The position numbers were made by a program, and so were the translations under genes. 64,000 nucleotides of DNA from the NCBI GenBank assembly GCA_964645535.1, contig CAZYCQ010000003.1, forward strand, positions 32,001 to 96,000, in the 5' to 3' direction. Numbering within the stretch: position 1 is the stretch's first letter; each line of letters starts with the position of its first letter. The notes under the pieces were generated by a model that ran no database searches, was not told the DNA's origin, and saw only the letters and a program-made list of their open reading frames with translations. The DNA is from an uncultured archaeon (GTDB lineage Archaea > Asgardarchaeota > Heimdallarchaeia > Heimdallarchaeales > Kariarchaeaceae). Of the stretch, positions 9,601-16,200 are shown piece after piece.

Positions 9601-10218
9601 AAGCCAGAAAATGGCAGTTACAGCGCACCGATACCCATGGTAGAAACCTCCAACCCAGGATATTGGGAAGGCACGTCCCTATCACTTCCATTGGCAAATG
9701 GTACATATACCCTAGAGGTAACCATCACACGACCTGACTTGACGACATTCTCAAGGACGGTTACTTTCACGATAGATCTGGGTCCAGGATCGATTAATAT
9801 TCTGACGCCAGAGGAACGTACCTATTCCTTCAATGAACTTCAAGATCCTGAACTCCCGGTAAAGGTTGAAGCAGGAATAGAATACACATCCCTCTGGTTC
9901 AGAATACGATGGGACAACGGATCAATATATATTGACAACACTACCCTGAACTTCGAGAGCGGCCTAAATGCATATTATAACAGCTCAATCAAATTCCCGA
10001 AGATCAGAGGAACTACGAATTACACCATTGAAGTATTCGGACAGAAGACAAATGGTGAAATCCTAGTAAAAGCACACAGGTTTGCCATCAAGACACCGAC
10101 AATCATGGAGAATGTGGTCATAGTTGCCCTTCCGGTTGTATCCATAGGTGCAGTGGCCGTGGTTGGAAAATCTGTGGTCTCTAGCGGGTTCAAGAACCCC
10201 TTCAAAAAGAGGAGTTAG
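3613..10218 (+). CDS. Giant secreted, C-terminally anchored surface protein with amphipathic helical and beta regions, ~26 bacterial TSP3-type (DxDxDG) Ca-binding repeats and Ig-like domains
   Basis: ATG 3613 follows an RBS and gives signal peptide MKVRKTVRIALIIGLIALLGGSTFASA; repeated DTDGDGLxDxxE..GT(N/D)P units; C-terminal hydrophobic segment plus FKKRS. Confidence 0.85.
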   Translation: MKVRKTVRIALIIGLIALLGGSTFASAYVANSNTQQVNNQLEENAHYYTFPSNLIGIFYDHKDEVAKTTGEALVNSLSLMTPNVEGYEISSLDAIPEIFRRKNFDIAVYVFQSDANGLKINGNFKEISYSWSRSASVFNQIIDRYPNVEHVFAMGNTLQLMNKLNDKRHVHASQEEKVDAKLIYLYALWTLADILEARGGKHASLGNDIRMASLKFFANEFNDIAARNIEPESPLGEESPRTVEARKQRFFEEHPPKVEKIPRDGYVIDPQTKREMNPETGEIRTDGYGGDIFPIEAAGVGDFIVNLIPEETGLRGPVGGIVDTLLGFLIDKIGDAIGLDASTVNQIFDLITSIPDLVGLISDPSASKIKQFIDKLRPMLPIPQDLDPYIDLLIDGLFLLRGDGGDIQNFIFSAVEMLVPEDILDPSILDIIKNVVTLGQRVFDRISEGGNIIDIIFSVLNEQILYNVTTALVGNGTIFGMTVSEIQDFVQKANATISTIVNFISTRDIEGLIYTYGPDLLNFAFSEFNLDENYSEVVMLAVGILLTALGVSDDKTIEDQLVELLDRLTPIDLATIKAKAEEIVKLVGEAVETGATSLTDMQNSISTLLTELSIPASIADPINDLMAIVVAAKNVNLNTFPSFADMILNFAEGLGVPSQYTESLREVVTFVMGVVQFVMHPPRIEDILANILGTSSLSDLISQGIQFILNFVQGILPTSMTTQSVSNAPNRFAAIKVNEVLTAEDLISQAGDYIGLIFQVIESVQGNSVQGVLLSLLQSAMTVFINFVPDDFRPLVEVAKSIFGVIVGETDQLPSVEEVLNAVLPLLPSSVADVVRQFLPFIMMISDVFTNGFEAIFAQLFGWVSGLVEDLIDELVGSLSSALDGADGISIDFDVPLGVGSFSLFTIKLHFGLDFGLEFDGEAFGRMLFDLIFRGASLFSSSDPFDVLKTLASVISIVPIFEAGFEIGDFGSGSNSFLDFMLTSLGVDLSFSGEGWFKLQLFSFKNGIFSFDDFFKVLEWGFSFTITISRTFTLLDFLTGGAGGSLNAIGEYIGLDAISITIAFTLAFTIVKRAATANQPETGSMTITFTIGFTVSLGIDIVIAKLILKGTLEITLTLLQDLVAPTPLRVFIAIQLTITVTIGFLFFDWDFDYKWSPSGFEPPLGYELTSPTPEDAVQNGALGGDTDGDGLGDEYEKNTAGLNYQSDDTDGDTLSDKYETQTLKTDPASKDTDGDGLDDNVELDLKTNPLFPDTDFDGLTDYEEASIYGTNPLSIDTDEDGLDDKYEIFHSYNMTGITPSVSQIMIGGVPYDDRTDPLNPDTDGDGLLDGEEGSRGIYYGPELVGGEDDYGYTPDPPLIFNGGYTHPLDNDTDDDSYWQLYDGSIAPVESPYIMNLGDKVEIEGLTVILIDPLTGEPEPPRLIRTNPVNPDSDGDTGATAEDRKNPPFGFFMNSDGYELGIAHTDPLDGDTDDDGLIDGLEGILRPDSNHTDPLNPDTDGDGLGDMQELLLGTDARSVDSDLDGVTDSDEYFLYGTNPFLADTDSDGLEDGEELYLYHSSPFSKDSDADGLDDYSEVWKYFSDPMDEDSDNDGLTDFEEIKVYYTDPFIDDTDGDGLLDGEEIAGLPYTTENGTQYLIKTDPTKWDTDGDSLTTINQFGEMSMPMSDGQEFLLGTDPTRKDTDLDGLEDGWEMWLGKGEIPNFEPINLDPLSNDTDGDNLMDGTELVIANISTLLYPYVGNFIQTPFNTSAVNPDTDGDQLPDDEELRIYGTDPSIPDTDNDTISDYEELIIYGSDPVRNDTDGDGLSDPQEIFGFDPENLTLATNAILFTDFNKSDSDGDLLPDGAEVFFYNTDPTNQDENGNGIVDGMEIDTDGDGLFDGEEYYIFQTQQTPEGGGILQVDSDHDGLFDGQEVYETLTNPANWDSDNDTYSDGLEIYCGTNPNGNTTESEISACFAGLERVVILSPAQTTYHTNAIPVIVYDATGNMTAMEYRYKPENGSYSAPIPMVETSNPGYWEGTSLSLPLANGTYTLEVTITRPDLTTFSRTVTFTIDLGPGSINILTPEERTYSFNELQDPELPVKVEAGIEYTSLWFRIRWDNGSIYIDNTTLNFESGLNAYYNSSIKFPKIRGTTNYTIEVFGQKTNGEILVKAHRFAIKTPTIMENVVIVALPVVSIGAVAVVGKSVVSSGFKNPFKKRS
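7165..9444 (+). repeat. Protein-level repeat array of ~26 DxDxDG(L)xDxxE calcium-binding units
   Basis: Counted by eye from DTDGDGLGDEYE (7165) to DSDNDTYSDGLE..GTNP (~9444); the repeats are degenerate at DNA level. Confidence 0.9.
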
Positions 10219-10229
10219 GAGGTTAAAAA

Positions 10230-13200
10230 ATGAAACTTCGACAAATCAAATTATTAATCCTCAATCTTTTCCTTATCGGAATTCTTTCCCTGTCATCAGT
10301 CATTTCAGTGCAGGCAGGGACAATAGGTCAACAAAAGAATGACCAAAAGATCCAACCCAATGATTGGAAGGACGGGATCAGGGATGAACCTCCCTCCTTC
10401 ATAGATTCAAATGCAGGTTATGATGAAAACACGGATCTTGGTGCATTCCTGAGTGACAATGACAATACCTATGGATTAAAATGGGATCCTTGGGTAACTA
10501 AGGCAGCAATCCATGCAATTGCAACCTATAAAAACGGCGATTATTTGGCCTTGGCAGGTGGTTTTCTATATGACAATGAAATTCATCTGTATAGGTGGAA
10601 TTATGTCACGGATCAATACGATCTCGTCTCAGAAATCGGTTCTGGAGTATTCAAATCAGATGTAATGTCCTTGGATTTCGCAGATACGGACTACAACAAT
10701 CTGACTGAAATAATAGCCGGAAGCATGGATGGTAGATTCTATGTATTTGAACAGAGACATCTATATGACCCATATACCAACAGTGAAAATACATTCGATC
10801 TAGTGTACCAAAGTCCTCGTCTAGGTCGTGTGTTTGATATTATTGTTGGAGACCCAGACATGGACTTTCGTCAAGATATCATTGTCGGTTTGGGAGATAC
10901 GGTAAAGTGGTATGAGTATGATACCCATGGAAGCTATCCCTTTGGCCCAGATCATTTCATAGACTATAGAGAGGTCTTCTCCTATCAGATGCCTTCGCAG
11001 GTCACAACTCTTGGACTCTCTGATGTGGATTATGACGGTCTCCAAGAAGTTGCAGTGGGAATGCGATCTGGTGAAATCCAGCTATTGGAAAACAACGGTA
11101 CCACACTCTATATTAATGGCTATCCCTACCCAATTGTCCAAGACAATAGCTATCGCTTTATGTGGTCATCAGGAACCCTCATTCAAAGAGATATTACCGA
11201 TATGGCTGGTGGTGACATCGATGATGATGGTCACAATGAATTGATGGTCGCGGTACAGGGCCAAGGTGCATACGTCCTCGATAATATTGATGGAGTTATT
11301 GCACCATTTCGGATTGAACGCCCGTTTGCTGATTGGGAAAGCAATATGACAGCACCATATTCTCTTGACCACTATGCAGATTCGATGGTGAATTCCTCAA
11401 GTTTGTTCAATGGCACACTTCTTCCTGTGGGTCAGGCGAATGTCTATTATGCAAATATAACAGGCACGTTTCCAGAGCCACTCAATTATTCGGTTTCCCA
11501 CTATAAAGTATATCCGTTCAATTCATTTTTAGTCCGAAAACCAGGTGATGGAAGACCGACAACATTTGATGCCACTACACGTCCCGCATGGGCAATCATG
11601 GACTTCGGAAATGATGAGGAGGCTGCCGGAAATGGAGCTCCAGTTGTTCCAGAACTCTTCATTTACGCAATGAAAAACAAGGCTGTTGCAGTTTCTGATT
11701 TAGAAATTTCCATTTCATCAGATGGTAGTAACTTTTTCAGGTTAAATTCATCATACATTACTTTAGATACCTCCAATGGTACCTATGACATCTACCAGAT
11801 TGAAGTTGATCCAACTCTTGCCGTTGCTGGATTGACGTATTACCGGTATCTCAACATTACCGTCTTGAGTGGCAAGGCTGAATTGGATTTTATTGAGACC
11901 ACTGCAATCAATAATCCGATATATGATGCCCAATCAGTGGAAGTTGGTCCATTAACCTTGAAAGATTCCGATGCAAATACCGTTGGGTTTATCGGTGCGA
12001 TTGATGGAACAATATTGGCAGTTGATTGGAACCCGACAAGCCGAAGGTACGAAATTGTTTTCGATAGTTGGAGAGAAGAACGATACAAACTCAATAAGAA
12101 TCTCTTTGACCTAGAGGTAATCAAGAAGAAAGGAACCTTCCCAGCGTGGATATTGAACGATTACGACAGTGTAATAGGGAATTTCCAATATGGTGTCTAT
12201 GATCCAGTCAACTTCACAAATTATGGAAATGTTGTTTCCTTTGAAACTGCCAATTTCTATAATTACAGACAGGAATCCATGCCAGAAACAATATTGATTA
12301 CGGATCAGGAAAAAATTTTGGTAGCCACACAGGCTTCTCCAAATGCTCCGTTGTCAGTTAACTCCATTTTATCTGAAATGCTATTTGACACACCATCATA
12401 TTCTGGAACTGCTGGAAAGAATATGCTAACGGTACAAGATTATATGCAATCTCGAAGTAGCCTCTCGTCAGATCCGATTTATTTTGCGGCATCACTCGTA
12501 CCCTTTGAAACCAATCTATATGATTTGGGAAGGGATGCGCAACTGGATATCCGTGATTCCGGCTATCTTCTCCTATTAAGTGAATGGACCGGTTCATTGG
12601 GCCCTGCAAATCCAACCGAGGCAGGGATTCCTCAACCCTTAGATGGAGTAAACCGGATTACCATTTGGTATCTTGATGAGATTTTCTCCTTCGATTGCCC
12701 TGCCGGTGTGCCAGAATGTGTAACATTTGTTCCTTGGAGCGTCCCTGGATTAACATCTCCGAGATTGTTGTCTTCTGAAGAATTCTCAGGTCAACTTCGT
12801 AGTGTCCTTCGAGAATCCTCATGGATGCCAAAAATAGCAGCAGGAGATTTCATCGGTGATTCAAAGAAAGATTGGGTATTGACAAACGGAAAGGTACATC
12901 TTCTTGAGGTCTCGTACAGTGTAGTTGAGAACAGTACATTGGATCTTGTATATAACGGTCAAGAAGAACAGCAAGGCCCTAAGCTTCCAGCAATCACAAA
13001 TGAACGATCTTCCAAAATCAGCATTTCCTTCAGAGGTGATTATTTCAAAGGAATCAATGACCAAGCAAAGGGTAGACAATGGACTGATGCAAATGTAGTT
13101 GATTTCGACAAAGATGGAGATATGGATCTTATTTTGGGTTTTGCAAGTTACGATTCAACCCACTTCGGAATTGATAAGCCTACGTATGGGATGACCTATT

Positions 13201-16200
13201 GGGAAAACGTGGGAACTAGAGACGATCCAATATGGGTTGAAAAGAAAAAGGCAGTCACCAATAATGATCCAGATTCCAATCTTAGAGTCCAGTATTATGG
13301 GTTCCCTGAACTGGTCTATGATAATTATGATTTTGGAGATTATTCCTTCATTAGTGGAATGGGTTATCATCCCTATTTCTTGAATTCCCAACCAACAAGG
13401 ATGTTCATGATGAAACAGCAGCCAACAGATGTTTTTGCAGGGGACATTTACAGTTTCACAGCAGAATACAATCATGGAACCTCACTTCTTGCAGCCACCT
13501 ATCCGGATGCCAAACGGATTGACATTAACCTACAATTTGACAGCTCCAATGGTGGAGACAAGAATTATGGCTTCCACATTTTTGAGACATGGGATAATTC
13601 AAGGGAACTTGAAGGATGGACTCTTTCGATGTCGACTGCCGACCTTGACGAAGACGGTAAGAATGAAGTTGTTGTTGGAGATTTCAATAATAACATATAT
13701 GTTTTTGAACATCTTTCCAACAACACATTCAAACGGGCCTTCAGATCATTCGATGTTAACAGAACGTTTGAGGCAAATAACAGCCCTTATGCCCATAACC
13801 AGTTTGGTGGAATTAATGGTACATTCTTCCGAACCGTCTATGAGCATGTAACCTTCTTGCTTGCAGGCGTTGACTTGAACAAGAACGGACTTCAGGAATT
13901 CATAGCAACGACAGACGGAATGCTATTCGTTTTCGAAGCGACAAAAACATTAACAGGAAGAATTCATGATGACACGTACCGGTTAATTGCTACCTTTGAT
14001 CTTTTCTCTTTCCCCACAGTTTCACTTCTCTCAGAGAGCCGCCGAAAGGTAACCGCAATCTCTTGGGCAGATGATGCAACTGGTGATGGAAGAAGAGAAT
14101 TGCTGATTGCAATGGGTCCCGCTCTCTTAGTTTTCGAAATCTCGACTGTTACAAGTGGAAGTGGCAATATCCAACAAACTTCAGTTATTTCCACACAATT
14201 CCCACTATTCAACATGGAAGAGATTTTCTATCGAGGCCTATATGCGGCATCCGGTCTCTACAATCTAGTTGGAAACTATCGTGTCCAAGAAGAAGCAGAA
14301 ATCAGATCCATTTTGTCCACTGATTTGGACAATAATGGAATCCCTGAAATCATTTATGCAGGAGAAGATCAAACAAATGCCAGACCAATTTGGGGCGGTT
14401 TCATCCAAATTCTTGAATGGACTGGAGGTGTTTTCTCCCCTATCTTTCCAGACAATCTATTCAAGAGCACAACGCAATTCAACCCAATAAATGATCTTGA
14501 ATGGGATGATTCTGACTATGATGGATTAAAAGAACTAATCATTGGCCATAATCAAGGTGTTGATATCTATGAATTCAATGGAGTTGATAATCTTGAACTT
14601 CGAGAGGTGATCACCTCAAATCCACATTATCAACTGCCCATTCGATCATACTATGACACTAACAACATCAATAGGGACTTTGAGGAAAGTAAAGACATCA
14701 TCAAGAGATTTGATGGTTCCTTATTGATGGTTTATGTCGAAGTAATTTTGGGAACACCCACATTGGTCATGGCCACCTCAAATGACAATGGCAAGACATG
14801 GACTGAATGGGGAACAATTGATCCAGGCCTAGGCACAGTTATCAATTATGCCGAAATTAGTCTTGTTTACCAAGGGTCTCAATTATGGCTAAGTTTTGCA
14901 GCGATATCGAAGATTAATCTAGGTGCAAGTTCAATTTGGACGGAATCGTATTATGTAATTAAAAATCCAGTACCTGGATCGAATCCAGCCTATTCAACCG
15001 TTTCAGTATCTTGGTTAAACTATTATCGAATGACCGCTTCTGGAAGGGTTTTCTCATTTGATGGAGCAACCTCCAACCAAGTGGGATTTGCATATTACGA
15101 TTCAGCGGATAAGAACGGAACGTTGAAGCTAGCTAAAATTGATATCGCGAATAGCCCAGCAGTTGTAGCGGAATTTGTAATTCCTTGGGCAAATGGTTCA
15201 AAACTTGGCGACAAGTATTTCATCCATTCGTTGGATATTCTGGAAAATCCAAGAGAAAGAGGTAATTTTGACATTATCTTTTCAGGATATTCCTATAACG
15301 AATCGTTATCATTGGATTTGGATCTTTATCACAATTGGTTTTATTTAAACAGCTCTTCAGCTTGGCTGTTCAATGTAACCACAATGCCAGGGAGAATCTT
15401 TGAATCAGGATTGGTAAGCCGTTTCCCCTCCCTGATTCGTGAAGAAGACACAAACAATATGGTTGTTGTATTCGAACAGCCAAAAATGAAACCATTCGGA
15501 GGTCTATTCTCTGTATGGTCGAATGATAACGGTGTCACTTGGAATGGTCCTTATGCCATGAACCATCCCTATGGCCTAGATAGTCCCATACTTACTGAAT
15601 TTCCCACACCTAACAAGGAAAGCTATCAAGTAGGTCTTATCAATGGACAACAAATACTCTCATTCTTTGACTCACGTAGACCGGTCATTGTTGCAACTGA
15701 AGGTCGAGGATTCACAATGAGCTACAATGTCAGATATGCTTTCGGAGTACAAAAGACAACTGTGGGAATTTGTGCAATGTTTTTGGGAGATGTAGGAGTG
15801 CAAAGCAGTGTTAAATCACAGGCCTCAGATTGTTCAAGGGGAAATGCAGAACTGGAATATTTGGCATTTGCCCACAACCCTTGGAGCAATTTCACTTGGT
15901 ATAATTTGGGCAAGGCTCAGAAAATTGCGATTGGAGATTCTGATGGCGACAATCGTCATGAAATCTTCGTGGGAAGCAACAACCAGGCCTTTCTCTATGA
16001 ATTTGCTCGAAATGGAGAGAAATTCATTTTGCATTCCCAAAAATGGATGAGTCCTGAATATGAGAGGGATATCACAGAAGTTGCAATCTCAGATGCAAAT
16101 GGTAATGGACTTCCAGAACTTCTAGTCGAATCGGATCGAGGCATTGTGCATTCCTATGAGGCATTGAATGCAATTCCGGGTAAGGAACTTCTTCTCCCCA

